From Octopus vulgaris (taxonomy: Eukaryota): a stretch of DNA of 64,000 nt. This document shows, piece after piece, positions 39,570 through 53,619 of the stretch. The stretch is from positions 43,710,001 to 43,774,000 of the forward strand of contig OX597823.1 in NCBI GenBank assembly GCA_951406725.2, in the 5' to 3' direction. The translations under genes and the position numbers were made by a program. Numbering within the stretch: the first letter of the stretch is position 1; each line of letters begins with the position of its first letter. The notes beneath the pieces were generated by a model, which was given only the letters and a program-made list of their open reading frames with translations, was not told the DNA's origin and did not search any database.

Positions 39570-40755
39570 GTGCATTACGTAGTCGGTTGATTCACCTGAA
39601 AATATGCACACCTATGTTAAAGGTGCTGACAAGTTTGCATCACAACTATTTTGTTCCTCAAATGTAAGGCGTCACCTCTAGGACAAAATTCCTCATCTTA
39701 TAAAATGTGGCCCCAGTACACCCGAATGAAATCGGGTTATATTAACCAAAATGTGAAAAGGGGTCTAAATGGGGCTGGAAGGGGGTTAAAATTTCAAAGA
39801 GCGGGTATTTAGGAATTCTCAGTTGCATCAAGCTAAAAAATTTGCGCCAGCCTTTTAATCGTCAATGTGTTGCCGTCCATGATAAAGAAGTTTTGAATGC
39901 TTGCCATGGTGAGTCTACTGTCGTGAGAAAGAATCACTTCAAAACTTGGTGTTTACGAATTTTCTTTTACATCAAGTTCAACATTTTACGCCAGCCGTTA
40001 AACTGTCACTACGTTGCTGTCCGTCGATAACAAATGCCAGCCATGGTGACTCTACTATCCTCAGATTCTATCCCTTCAAACTTTGGTTTCCAATATTTTA
40101 TTATTTTTATTCAGCTCGCAAGTTCGTCTGTCCCTTTTGAATGTTAGCGTTTTGCTGTCTGCCTTGAAGCAGACCTTTCCATTGCCACTGCCTCATATTT
40201 CTGATTGATCTTTCTAAATATTTTATTTCTCAACTTACTCAAGATCTTCTGTTGTTTATAAATGGGAGAGAGATAGATAAAGATAGAGAGTAAGAGAAAG
40301 CGAGGGAGAGTCAGAGAGAAAAGAAAAGTAAGAGAGTGGGAAAGTGAGAGAGAAAGGAGAGAGAAACAAATACGGAGAATCATCATCATCATCATCGTTT
40401 AACGTCCGTTTTCCGTGCTAGCACGGGTTGGGCAGTGTGACCGGGGTCTCGGAAGCCAGGAGGTTGCACCAGGCTCCAGTCTGATCTGGCAGTGTTTCTA
40501 CAGGTGGATGACCTTCCTAACGCCAACCACACTGTGAGTGTAGTGATTGCTTTTTTCGTGCAGCAGGCACTGGTGCCAGGGGGGCGCGCAGTGGCAACGA
40601 TCGGTTGGTGCTTTTTACGTGCCACCAGCACAGAAGCAAGTCAATGCGGTGCTGCAATCGGCCACGTTCGGATGGTGCTTTTTACGTGCTGAAAGGAAGC
40701 AACAGAAAGTAACACCCACTCTTACCCGCGCGTAGAGCGGGTCACCTTCAGCTAG
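39570..40755 (+). mobile_element. Probable non-autonomous Helitron (3' end clear, 5' end uncertain)
   Basis: Hairpin ACCCGC-GCGTAGA-GCGGGT at 40724-40742, then CTAG|T at 40752-40755; two-copy internal repeat at 39840-40095. Confidence 0.45.
40380..40690 (-). mobile_element. RTE-related SINE/short non-autonomous element
   Basis: Minus strand GTTGGCGTTAGGAAGGTCATCCACCTGTAGAAAC motif and 3' tail CAACCCGTGCTAGCACGGAAAACGGACGTTAAAC(GAT)n. Confidence 0.7.
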
Positions 40756-40875
40756 TATATATATATATATTTATATATATATACGTGTGTGTATGTGTAT
40801 ATATGAGTATATCTATATATAAGTATATATGTATATGTGTGAGTATATATATATATATATGTTTGTGTGTGTGTG

Positions 40876-40947
<72 letters not shown>

Positions 40948-41575
40948 TATATATGTATATATGTGTGTGTACGTATGTATGTATGTATATATGTATGTAT
41001 GTGTATATGATTCCACTTTCAAGGTATTGATCAACCCACAGTTTTAGTAGTGTCCAAGATGTCACGAAGAAATGGTTGGAACCCGGAACATCGTACTTGT
41101 GCCACGACTGTCTTAACTATATTGTTAGTTATATATTTATACAAAGATCTGTTCCTACTTTGAGTCTCTTCCACACCACGATGTATAAAATATTTTTTTT
41201 TATAACAAATAAATTTTTCTACAACAAATATCGCGTACTTTTTCTTTTCTTTTTTTTAACCCGAAACACGTGTGTACATGCCTACATACAATAACAACAA
41301 TCATTGTTACTTATATCTATATATACATAAATACAAGTTTGTATACATATAAAGGCACATACATATATACATATATGTGTACATACGAATCTACATACAT
41401 GCACATGCACATATACGGACACACACATACATGGATGTGTGTATGTATTCCTCTTATGTAATCTATCATTTAATACCTGATAATCTTTTTTAGTTTCATT
41501 TTACATTTTACATTTACTCCCTCCGCACAGTCTTTTTACATCTACCGTTCTATTATTCACCAAAACTCTAATCTC

Positions 41576-41622
<47 letters not shown>

Positions 41623-42404
41623 TATATACTTTCTATACCCTCCTGTTTTCCTACTTTCTTAATTTCTCTTTTTTTTCCGATAACACATTTTTTAATCTAT
41701 TTTTTCTGTTTTTTCTTTGTGGTTGTGGCGGGGGGGGGAGTCTTCATTTTTTTCTGTATAAAATATCTTCATTTCCTTTCAACTCGCTCTGCCCATCCAG
41801 TTTTAGTTCTTTTTTATTTATCCATCATTCATTTCATTCCATCAGTTCTCTCTCCCTATCTTGATATTGATATATCTATTTATCCCCCTACACGTCCTTC
41901 CATCTCACGTATCCATCTTCTAATCTCCCCTACCACCCTGGGTACAAACCAATCTATCAATCTCTTCAACTATCGGCCAACCAATATATTAATCTGCCCG
42001 TCAACTCATTCCCTTACCCATCCATCTTACACTTCATTTGCCCATCCATCCATCAACTTCCCAGCTTCCCATCCCTTCCTAATCCAGCTACCAGCCGAAC
42101 AACTTTCTACATACACCTTATCCCCCACAATCTATCAACCTGTTAGTCTGTCAACTCACCCCCTGAACAACCCCACCATCTTCCAAACTTGTACTTAAAT
42201 TAAATATGAAAATATACTTAATACTTCTAGTCTCAAAAGGCTATTCTATTACTGGTTCTTAGCCCTTGTTTCATGGTAAATATAGACGAGAGGTCATTCT
42301 CACCCTTTCATTGGAGCTGCCAATCAAATATAACATTTTTACGAACTGATACCCAAAGTTACTCTTCTGGAATCTTGATCTTTTACGTTCAAATTCTCGG
42401 CAAC

Positions 42405-42575
42405 GAAATGGCAGAATCGCTTGTGCGCTGGGCAGCAATACCTCGCGTTATTTGTTCCGACATTTTTGTACTGTGGGTTCAAGTCTCGCTGGGGGTCACC
42501 TTTGCCTTTCATCCATTCCGGATCCATTAAAAATATCAATTCAAAGTGGTAGGTTAGCCGAACTATTTGAGGGAG
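42405..42575 (+). mobile_element. Decayed MetaSINE-like SINE
   Basis: TGGCAGAATCGC..GGTTCAAGTCTCG..GGTCACCTTTGCCTTTCATCCATTCCGG. Confidence 0.7.
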
Positions 42576-42593
42576 AAACAAGATGCTTTACGG

Positions 42594-43766
42594 CAGGCAT
42601 GTCAAATTCCCGGCCCGCACGGACGGCTGCCCCCTCCCTCCGAACGCATTGACGTCCTCGGATCTGGGTTTGACTACAGGCAGTTATACTATTATTCAGA
42701 GGCTCAGATTCGCAGAATTTTCCATCAGCGAGCCAGCAATTGGCTAATCTGCAGCTCCACATGTTTCGTACATCAAATGTTATAGATGTTTGCACATGAC
42801 GGAATGTACCTGTCAACGTTCATACGAGTCGATTTTCCTTTCTTCCCTTCGTTATTCGTTAAATTCTCGTCTGGTGGACGGAGTTAAGGGAGCGCATTCA
42901 AGCCCTGCATTGCATGAATCCTGAGATTCCTGCCCTAGTACGCTGCATTTCCAGTGAACATTTAGTTCATTTTCCTAAGTATAAAGAGCTGGAAAAGAGT
43001 GCTAATACTGAGTCTGTACTTAGCTTTCCCAAGTATGACAGTCACTTGGAATTATTGTCAGAGGAATTTCTGGAAAGAAAAGATTTCGTGATTTCTCATC
43101 TTTTGAATATCCGTTTGCATTATTCTCAGCACCATTTACCTTTACTATTGCTAAGACAGAAGAAAACCTGTAGATGGAACTATTAGAAATGCAGTCGGAC
43201 TCTTCACTCAGAGCAAAGAATTTTGAAGTGGGGATATCTAGTTTCTTTTCACACATTCTTGAAAACTTAAAAACATCAGAAAGTTTGCTGGCAACGTTTG
43301 GTTCTACTTATGTGTGCGAAGTTATTTTCCCTCATGAAATCAACAAAAACTTCTCAGGGAACAAGGCTGACTGATCAATAATTGCCATCTCTGATCAAAC
43401 TCGAAACTGCACAGACATTTCAACCAGATATACCAAACATTGTCAGCAAAAAGAGGTGTCAAACGTCTAGACAAAACAATAAAAGTGTTTGAATAGTCAT
43501 AAATAAATGTTTATTTTGAACTATTGTAATTTTTGTACACTGTTTTAGTTGCTGTTGCATTCAAATTTATGTTGCCGTTTAAAATTTCGTTTTTTTTTTC
43601 TTTTGTTAAACTTCATTATTTTGCATTCTTGAATGTGATAAAACCATAGTATGTTTCTAAGTTTAAGTAAGAAAAATATTCTGCAATAATCATTATTAAA
43701 TGGCTTCAATTTTAATTGAAGCTAGTGTGGCCCTCATGACAACACAAATGTGACCCATATGACCTG
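42594..43766 (+). mobile_element. Internally deleted hAT transposon (Charlie/SPIN-like)
   Basis: 5' end CAGGCATGTCAAA..CGGCCCGC, 8-bp TSD CTTTACGG / CCTTACGG, and a C-terminal dimerisation remnant MELLEMQSDSSLRAK...LATFGSTYVCE. Confidence 0.85.
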
Positions 43767-44999
43767 CCTTACGGTATATGTTATGGATTTTTCTATTCTG
43801 ACAGAAACGCCCACGACAATAGTGGTGTTCAACCCAAATTGGCGATCCGTCCTCAGATTAACATCGGTGTTGTGCATACACAATTACTACTGTTTCTTTA
43901 AAACAAGCCTTCATATGCAAAGGCAGATGCACAACTAACTCTGATCGACGAAACTTTACACTGAAATCTTCTGCAAGCATTATGCTACTTGTTTACAGCT
44001 CTACAGGTCAGACTTCATCTAGATGTAAGCTAGTGTTAACACACTTAATGCAGAAAACATGTAAACTTAAAATCAAACATGTGGTCAGAGAACAATATTG
44101 TTTTTATAATAATGTTGCTTTTTTATAATCTAAGTAGCTTTTGGATCTAACGTCAGCTCGTGCTAAACCCATTCGGCCAGCTCAACGCAAATTGCAATAT
44201 TGAGCTTCCACTTGAGCACCAGTGTATGATCTATGAACTTTCATGGTCTAACACCGTTTGGTTCGACAGATGTACTTTTATCTGTACCTCAACTATGGCA
44301 TGAAGCTACCAATCAACAAATCCCTCCCCCATTTTTATGGCATGCTTTTAACCTACAGCATGTACAATAAAATCACCATGGTTTGTATCAACAGTTTATC
44401 AACCATCAAAATCGATGTTCCTCTATATTAAACACGCCGTTCTATCATTCTGATGAAGCAATAAAACAGTTTCTATGTTTCTGTGTGTGCATGTATGCGT
44501 GTTTTCCTTGTCCGTCATGCCTCATCAATTTCTTCTTATTTATCCAAGAAAGCAGCAATCGTATTTCACACTCATTGCTTCCTAAATACCGTACCTGCCA
44601 CAACCAAACTAGGCCACCGCCAAAGTTTTACTCATGCCAAAACCAATCATAATTTGGAGGTAATTTTTCGTATTGATATTTTTGTTGTGGCTGTTATTGC
44701 TTGTGTCATTGACATTGTTGCTGTTGACTATGATGATGATGTTACTGATTTTGCTTTTGTTTTTACCTACTAGTGAGTTCTCAGTGTAGTTGATAATATC
44801 GTTGCTCTTGTTATTGTGATACTTACCGTGGTTGCTCGTGTTATTATTGCTGACATTACTAAAGAAGAGGATGGTGAGGGGAAAAAACGATGAAGTAGCA
44901 GTGCAGACAGATTGTCGTGATCGTCATCGTCGTTGTGATGGTGGTGATGATTGTGGACGTGGTGGTGTGATTTTGAAATTACTAAAGAAATCGTTCCGT

Positions 45000-45500
45000 T
45001 TTAAACTTTGCCAGAAAAGAAAGTAAGATCTCTCTTACATGCTCGCAAATTTCTTTACCCCTAAGAATATCTTGTATCTCTGTATAGCCTCTGTTCGACT
45101 CTGCGTTGACTATTTCTGTCATCTTTAGGCTGGTGCTTCACCGAATTCAGAGTCGAGTTCTTAACATGCTGGGTCATCTTTCTGCTAGGTTGGAGTTTTG
45201 CACTCATTCTCGAAATGTATCTATGTCGTGTCTTTTCCATATACGTATTTCCATGGTCACTGACGAACTGTCTAATCTAGTACCCTCTGTCAAGACCTTT
45301 AAATGTGCCACAAGCTTCTCTTCCAAAACGCATCGTTTATTTGTTGGGCATCTTGTTCGTTTTAAAGCCTTCTATTCTAATGGTTTCTTTCCTCGAACTG
45401 CTGCTCTCTGTGATTCACTACTAATTGTCTTGCTTTTCTCTGAACTATTTTCATTCAGTTCCTTAAGCTTTTCTGTCAGTCGAAATCTTCTAAATTCGAA
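45000..45500 (+). mobile_element. Decayed 3' end of a CR1/L2/Jockey-group LINE ORF2
   Basis: LHRIQSRVLNMLG..HSRNVSMSCLF..DELSNLVP..FYSNGFFPRTAALCDSL resembles the HRRxVxxLxxFY...SFFPRTxxLWNSLP RT tail. Confidence 0.7.
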
Positions 45501-45586
45501 CCTCTTCTTTTCCTTCTTTGTAGTCCCTCACGTTACAATCACCTCAAGTCATGTTTGGCATAAAATCATATCAAAATATTATTTTT

Positions 45587-45880
45587 TAAGCGCCCTTTCG
45601 AAGCCTAGCCAGGCTCATGGGCCCGGTTTCCTGGTTTTTGTGGCATATGTGCCTGCCCCACTCCAGCTGGACGGGACGCCAGTCCATCGCAGCGTTACTC
45701 AAGAAACAGGAAGAAAGAGTGAGAGAAAGTTTGGGCGAAAGAATACAACAGGGGGTCGCCACACCCCCTGCCGGAGTCTCGTGGAGCTTTAGGTGTTTTC
45801 TCTCAAAAAACACACACAACGCTCGGTCTAGGAATCGAGGCCGTGATCCTCCGAACGCGAGTAAACCAGGAAAGCACCAC
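45587..45880 (-). mobile_element. Chimeric tRNA SINE
   Basis: Body AAAACACCTAAAGCTCCACGAGACTCCGGCAGGGGG matches 6083; tail GGACTGGCGTCCCGTC..GAGCCTGGCTAGGCTT matches 21281. Confidence 0.82.
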
Positions 45881-48735
45881 TGACAAATAAATTATCATCA
45901 TGTCGTCCCTAAATATTGTCCTTACATCAACTAGATGAATAGTAGATAAATTAAAATTAGAATATCCACCAATGTAACATACTTACATATGCACAACGCT
46001 TAAAGGCATAATGCTGCGGATTTGTCTGAGACAAAATCTCTTCACAGACATATTCTGAAAAAGGAAAATATATACACCGAGCAAGGCAAACATTGTCCTA
46101 AGAGTGGTTCATGAAATGCTGTAACTACTTCGAGACATACACTTAAAAATGATGTATTTCACATCACGAAGTTTCTGTTGTTTAATGAATTAAAAAAAAA
46201 TTGGTTAGGCAACTCTTAATCTCGTTAACAACCCTAACAGCATTAAATTTTATAAGTCTTCTAAAAATTTTAATATACACAACAGCTGACAAATATTTTG
46301 CCTTCATCATCATTGATAACAGTACCGCAGCGTCGAAACAACAGTGCAAAATATAAAAACAACCAATACGCTAAAATATATAATACACAGCGAAAATACA
46401 TGAATCAAACTCATATGTAATTACAATAAAAACACAGAAATAATGGAATATTTTACAAAGCAAACAGCTTTAAAACATTTAGATGCATTCAAGAGGGATT
46501 GGCAGAACCGTTAGCGATCTGAGTTCGAACGACAGAATAAGTACTAAGTTTTAAAAAGTAGATGTGGTTGATTTATCGACTAAACCCTTCAAGGCAGTTA
46601 TACAGCATGACCGCAGTCCAATGTCTAGAACAAATAAAATAGAAAAGATAAAAGATAAATTATCAAATGACCCTATCGGAAACAAAGAAAATACAGCCCT
46701 GGCTTTCGCAATTGGAATAAGCTAATATAAAACAAAAAAGTAAAGTAGGGGAAACTTCAAGCATAACAGATTGTCGTGGCAGTATGAGGCAATAAAACAA
46801 AGAAACAAAATTGAAAACAAGCCAAAAAACACGGGAAATTAGTAAACATTTGTATGTAGCTTATAGGTCATAAAACTGGCAGTAAAAAATTATGGAGAGC
46901 AATTAGTATGATCAATGATGCTAATGAGGAAGCTTCTATATGGCCGTTTGACCAGTTAGAAATATAAACTAAATCTATCTCATATTACATTCTACTATCT
47001 TGAAAGATGTGACACACATTAGGTCTGAGTCTCACTATGAGTGAAATGAAACAAAGAAAAACAGGATGGTCAAAACTGGAACGTCTTAAATAAAGGGTCT
47101 GTTGGCTTAGGATTGACCCGGACCTGAGCAACAACAACTGTGGCAATAGTGAGTTTAGCAATATTGATTTAAATAAATTAATATCGCTAAACTCCAAGAA
47201 GCAGGGGAAAAGATAAACCAACCACACTGTTGAAACCTTGAAAGTCCCCAATAAAATTTATATTCTACAGGTCCACTACGCTTCTATGCAATTCCTTAAA
47301 AATTCTACGCAGTCCCTTTTTTTTTATTTTAAAGCTGGTTTAAACAACAACACCTAATCGCAACGTGTTGACCGTTATCTAGAAAACCTTTGTGCAGGTG
47401 CTCAATTTGCTAACTATATATCGATCAAGCACACCTGACTGTCTTTAAAAAAAGGGGGGAAAAGGATGTTTTTGACAATTCAGGCTTCGATCCGCTAGTT
47501 CATAGCTAGAACACCTTTGATCATAGGTTTGATCAATCAGATTTTACTTAGAGCTAATCAGCAACAACAATACACCAACAAACAGTACATTAATTAACTA
47601 CTTTACCCAAAGATTATCTTAACAAAAGTCCAAGCTGTACCATTTCTATCAGCAAAATGTTCAACTCCATTTATCGACACTACACATTTACAAGCAACAT
47701 TCTAAATTACTTGTAGAAAAACATTAAAACTTCGTGGACTGTCTCTCAGATCACCAAGTCTTTGAAGAATTCAGGTACAAACTATCAAAAGTCCACGTTC
47801 TTCCATTTAGCGTACAACAAGATTCTCTCCTCCCACCGACACATATTAACTCATTTGAGTGTTACCCGTCATGTGACTGGTACTTTTAGAAGTATACTCG
47901 CCATCATAAGTAATATCGGGAAATATGACATGATATAATAATTTCTTGATATTGATGATATTTGATTCAAAATGATAGAATGAATACTAATATTCAAAAG
48001 AAAAATATTTATTAAAGCAAGATTTAAAACAATTTTCTCATTCGTATAACTCCCACTACTCTGTCATTTATTCCTCTTTCTCTTCTGCCCCTTATTCTTT
48101 ACTTTCATTCACTCTGCTCCTCTTATGTCAACTCTCTCTCTCCCTCTCTCTTTCTTTCTGTCTTTCTTTCTTTCTTTCTTTTTCTGTACCTTTCTTATAC
48201 TTTCTCCCGCTTATCTCTATACGATGTAAAGCTTGACTGGAGAAGTCAGCCAACTAACCAAGCGTCAAATATATGCCACTGATCACTCTGAGCTGCTTCT
48301 CTTAATTCATCTCTGTTAAAGTAAAAGCCATGCTGCTACAGCATCGCCAACCCCGCTATCTGCAACAACAATGATTCAAACTACTAATATTCCAACAAGC
48401 TCTGTCATCTCTTTGAAATAAGACAGACATGTTCCAGTTATTAAATCTTAAGGCAAACTGTCCTATGATTCAAAGAAGATTGTTAGTTTCGAACAGTTCA
48501 TTCGATCCCAATATCCGAGTATTATAAGGTTTACTTAATGACTCCTGACCTGGTCTGCTTAAATGATAACATGACTACAGATACAAGTATTTATAAAACC
48601 GTTATCCCGCTGCCATCACTGTCCACCTATCGCTAAAATACTAGCAAGACTACTAGAGTCTAGAGTATCATTTAAGCAATAAATAGAAACATTCAAACTA
48701 ATGTACATGTATACATTCTTGTATACCCATATACA

Positions 48736-48766
<31 letters not shown>

Positions 48767-48785
48767 ATATATATATATACAAACA

Positions 48786-48831
<46 letters not shown>

Positions 48832-48866
48832 TATATATTTACAAACGTATATGTATAAACATGCAC

Positions 48867-48922
<56 letters not shown>

Positions 48923-49003
48923 AATTCCTTTGATTCACATCCTGGCTCATTAATAGAATTATTCATGTTTGTGTGCCTGTATGTATGTGTATGTCCATGA
49001 GTG

Positions 49004-49068
<65 letters not shown>

Positions 49069-49301
49069 TCCATTAATTACAAAGTGTCGCCTAATTAAGA
49101 ACTTTCGCTCCACTCAAAGTAATTAATTAAAATCACATTTCAATTCAACTGATGATTTTCGGAAATTTCTATTCGCCGAACGGAGATCAATGTTGTGAGT
49201 ACGGTGCACTGATACAGAGATATACACACACGCACGCATACACACATACAAATGAACACACAAAATTGCACGAGCACAGCATACATACCTACACATACAC
49301 T

Positions 49302-49367
<66 letters not shown>

Positions 49368-50261
49368 TTTGCAGTATTGCCTGAATCTTCTTCACATTTT
49401 GAAGTTCATTATTTACATAAACCAATACCAACCATCAAAGATTCTCCGGTGAATGCTCAGAAGCATAAGATATATACGAATATTGTAGATGTTATCTTTA
49501 CCATTGCAAAACCTGTATGGAATATCGGTGAAACCTAATAAAAATATCTATTTTGTTGAAAAACCATTTTCCTCCCATACTCAATTTTTTTTTAAAATTA
49601 ATCGGATAGAATCAAAACGAAATATAAATGCTTATTATTTTAAATTCAAATGGAAGCTGGAGAAATTCCTCCATGAAATACTAAATAAACCACCGAGACA
49701 TTATTGCATTTCATGAAATAACTCCCTAATTGATGAGGCTATCATGCCTTAAAATTTGTGGTGTAAATAAAACAAATATACGTTAAGAAAAACAGTTTTT
49801 GCAAAATAAGAAATAACGGACCTCAAAAACTTTCAAACAGATGTTGGAAACATTTCTCCAGATACCAGATTAACCCACAGACACCTGGATGCATCTCAGC
49901 AAATAACTCCGTATTTGAGTGGGCCAAGATGTGCTAAATCATGGCTTGGAAGACTAATTTATGTGGTACTGTTAAGTTAGATTAGATATGTCCACAACTT
50001 ATATAAGTTATTGAATTAAATATTTTGTTAAATATTGTCATATTCATCTTCAAGATACATTTCTGATGGAGTTCATTTTACATATTGATACCCTAGTCTC
50101 TGCCTAGGTTTGAATACAGCTCTCAGATATTTTCGCTCTAAATATATTTCTATAAAAGGAAAGAATGTAAAGACAGCATATTGCCCAGTATGCTAACGAT
50201 TCTGCCATCTGGTCGCACTAATAATAATAATAATAACAACAATAACAACAACAACAACAAC

Positions 50262-50320
<59 letters not shown>

Positions 50321-50885
50321 AAAAAGGCATAGGAGGGGCGATGCATACCCTGCGCGCAGATAATTTTTTCGCAAATTATATTGTGGCTTACAATGCGTCA
50401 CTTATCCATACATTTTAATTGAACTAAATTAAGCGTTGTAAGTGTTTGACAAAAAGGGGATTAGAAACCTAAGTAGATGACAGCTAATAGTAGACTTGAT
50501 CGAAGTCTACGCCAAACGCATATGAGTAAAATTTGTATATGACAAAATAAATGAATATTCAAATACATGATTATGAAAAAGAAAGTGAACAAAATGAAAT
50601 AATTATAGAAAATATTGTATAGAATTTGAGAAGTGCTTTCAAAGTCTTTCAATGATGGCAGGAGAATCAAACGTACTGTGGTTCGCTGTAGGTTGTAAAT
50701 AATACGAACACTTGCTTATCAAGAAATTTGTAAGCTCGATTTTTTTTATTAATTATTTTCTTTTTAAGTATCACCATTAGAAGTATTCATATTCAGGCGA
50801 AATAAAGAAATCATCTCATAAATATATGAAATCTTGGAATCCCTCACTGTACACACACACAATTACATATCTTTGTATGTATTTA

Positions 50886-50941
<56 letters not shown>

Positions 50942-51037
50942 CACATGCATCTACATACATAGGCACACCATGATCTATACACACGCAGACGAGATTCGTA
51001 TCAAATGATATATACAGCATATATATGTGTATATATG

Positions 51038-51109
<72 letters not shown>

Positions 51110-51639
51110 GACACACCCATACATACTTACATACATACACCTATACACACACGCCTACACACCTACATACACACACATGCATACACACACACACATGTAC
51201 GCACATACACACACATATACGCACATACATATATACCCACACACATGCACACACACACACATACGCACATGCAGGCATGCATGCACACGCGCACACCTAC
51301 ACGCATACACACACACACACGCACGTACACATACATACATACACACACACACATACATACACCCATACACATACATGCATCCTACACACACATACATACA
51401 CACTCACACATACATACACACACACACTCACTCACACACCTGTATGTACGCGCACACACATGCACATACACACACTTCCACACACCCACACGTACATACA
51501 TACACACTCATACACATACACACACACACACACACGGACATACATCTATGCACACACATATATACACACATACTCACATACATTCATCGGACACACTGAC
51601 ACCCAGACATACACACAGACACACTCACACATCCACACA

Positions 51640-52540
51640 CATACATACTTACGCGCATACTCGCAGGCGCGCGCACACACGCGCTTGCGCCGGTTCGCGC
51701 ACGCATACGCGCTGCATGCACCTCGCTCTTGGACCCGACGAGACCTCCCGCTCGTTCCTGGGACCGTCGCTTGTCGTTGGGTTCTCCCACGCCCGTCTCC
51801 GCAGGACCACTCTTCCATCTTCCCCTCAGCTGGAGTCCTTTTTCCTTAACCCCCCCCCTTTTTTGTTACACACGCGCGCACACATATACACACCCACTCA
51901 CACACACACTTTGCTTAAATATATACATTACTCTTACACACATTCAATCTACTCGCCATTAATACTACCACGACACTGGACACACACACACACTACAACT
52001 CAACACACGCTGGCACGCTACATACGCCCCCACCCCTTCCCCTCCCTCCCTTCCTCCTTCCTTCATTTTCTTACTACTGACCACTGTCTGCTATGCCTAC
52101 TACTGTCTCGCCCTACCTCACACGCCTACACACAGACGCACACACTAACACATACATATATTTTTTGTTTTTTTATCTCGCCTCACACACACATACACAC
52201 ACGCACACGCACACACTCACACATACACACACATCTGTTGCGTTACCAACCCTGTCTCCACTCTTTTGGCTTTAAAAACCTACTTTGCTCTTGTTATCGT
52301 AAACTTCCGCCTTTCACCATGTGTACTTCGTAAACACCAGTCGTTTTTTTCTCCATCTCCTGTTGCCCGCTTTGGGATCTTTCTTTCCTCTCTCTTCCTT
52401 CTTTATGTTTCCGACGAAGAGCTCCGCTCGAAACGTCATACCTTCCTGCTTCCATATTTCCTGAGCGCCTATTAATAATAATACTGTAATTGTTCCACTG
52501 TTGTTGTTTTTTTTGTTTTCCCGTTTGGATTAAAATTATA
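51640..52540 (+). mobile_element. Penelope-like 3' UTR/pLTR segment, CA-rich, with HHR
   Basis: 3' part is homologous to 14318-14530, contains the HHR at 52407 and ends in (TA)n. Confidence 0.65.
52407..52441 (+). ncRNA. Minimal type I hammerhead ribozyme motif (CCGA core variant)
   Basis: GTTT-CCGACGA-A-GAGC TCC GCTC-GAAA-CG-TC-ATAC; GUC site; one mismatch in stem I. Confidence 0.72.
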
Positions 52541-52960
52541 TATATATATATATATATATAAATATTGCGTACTATTCTGTGATGGTAAGATCAACAAAAG
52601 AAGTATTCCATCTGGTGAGAGATAAAAAGTATTTAATAGACATAATACATGTTTTTATGTGCGTGCTAGGAATAGGTTCTTGTACTGAAAATATGCCAAA
52701 ACGAGGCATACCCACCCTCCGTGCACATAAATTCTTTCGCAAAAAATCTGCACTGTTAAAATATTGTGATTCACCCGTTTCGGCAGTGTTGAAAACAATC
52801 AAACTGACTTTTCATCATTTCGAGAGGCTCACCCAATGGGTATTTCTGCCAAATTTAGTGAAAATCCGTTCCGCCATTTTCTAGTAATTTTGCAAACACA
52901 TACACAAACAGGCAAATACGAGTGATTACAATTCCCTGCTTTCGCTTATGCGCGCAGGGT

Positions 52961-53051
<91 letters not shown>

Positions 53052-53619
53052 GTGGGGACTAAAAACAGAAACAATTTTTATCAGAGAAGGTGAATTATAT
53101 ATGATAAATAGCATTCAGACAAATACATAACAAAAACACCAGTATTTAAAAGTATACATAACATAGAGAAAATAGCACTTCATCCCACGTAAAATACTTT
53201 CAATACAGTGAAAATAAGAGCATCACAACAAACCACAGTACATACCCAAGGCACACAGAGCTGCACTCGGTAGTACAGTGAAAGCACGTGATAAAATAAG
53301 ACTATTGAAGAAGAAGAAGAAGAAGAAGAAGAAGAAGAAGAAGAAGAAGAAGAAGAAGAAGAAGAAGAAGAAGAAGAAGAAGAAGAAGAAGAAGAAGAAG
53401 AAGAAGAAGAAGAAGAAGAAGAAGAAGAGCGCAACACCAATTTCCTCTCAATGATTAGCTGGAGATGATTTTTAGAATGAGAATATCTGAAATAAACTCG
53501 ACTTCTCTCACAAACGAGAATACCAAAAGTGAACCCGACCGCTCTCTGTAATGCTGTGTGTGTATCGTCTGCAGTAACCCAAAGACACACCTCATTTCTG
53601 AGTGAAAATGCCAAGAAAA

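Larger units (their letters stand above)
50320..52965 (-). mobile_element. Helentron-associated (HINE/DINE-1-like) element with nested insertions
   Basis: Perfect 14-bp subterminal inverted repeats ATACCCTGCGCGCA (50345-50358 and 52949-52962); 3' GCAT..ATGC hairpin plus T-run; 5' (TGTT/TGTG) tract followed by CGGATTTTCACTAAATTTGG; (AAT)n on both flanks. Confidence 0.7.

Noticed and set aside
40490-40530. Possible ribozyme in the conserved RTE-associated GGCGTTAGGAAGG motif
   Set aside because: I could not build an HDV-like nested double pseudoknot or another known fold by eye.
51005-52333. Longest ORF (442 aa, His/Thr-rich)
   Set aside because: It is a translation of degenerate (CA)n sequence that lacks stops in several frames, and it overlaps a pLTR-like repeat.
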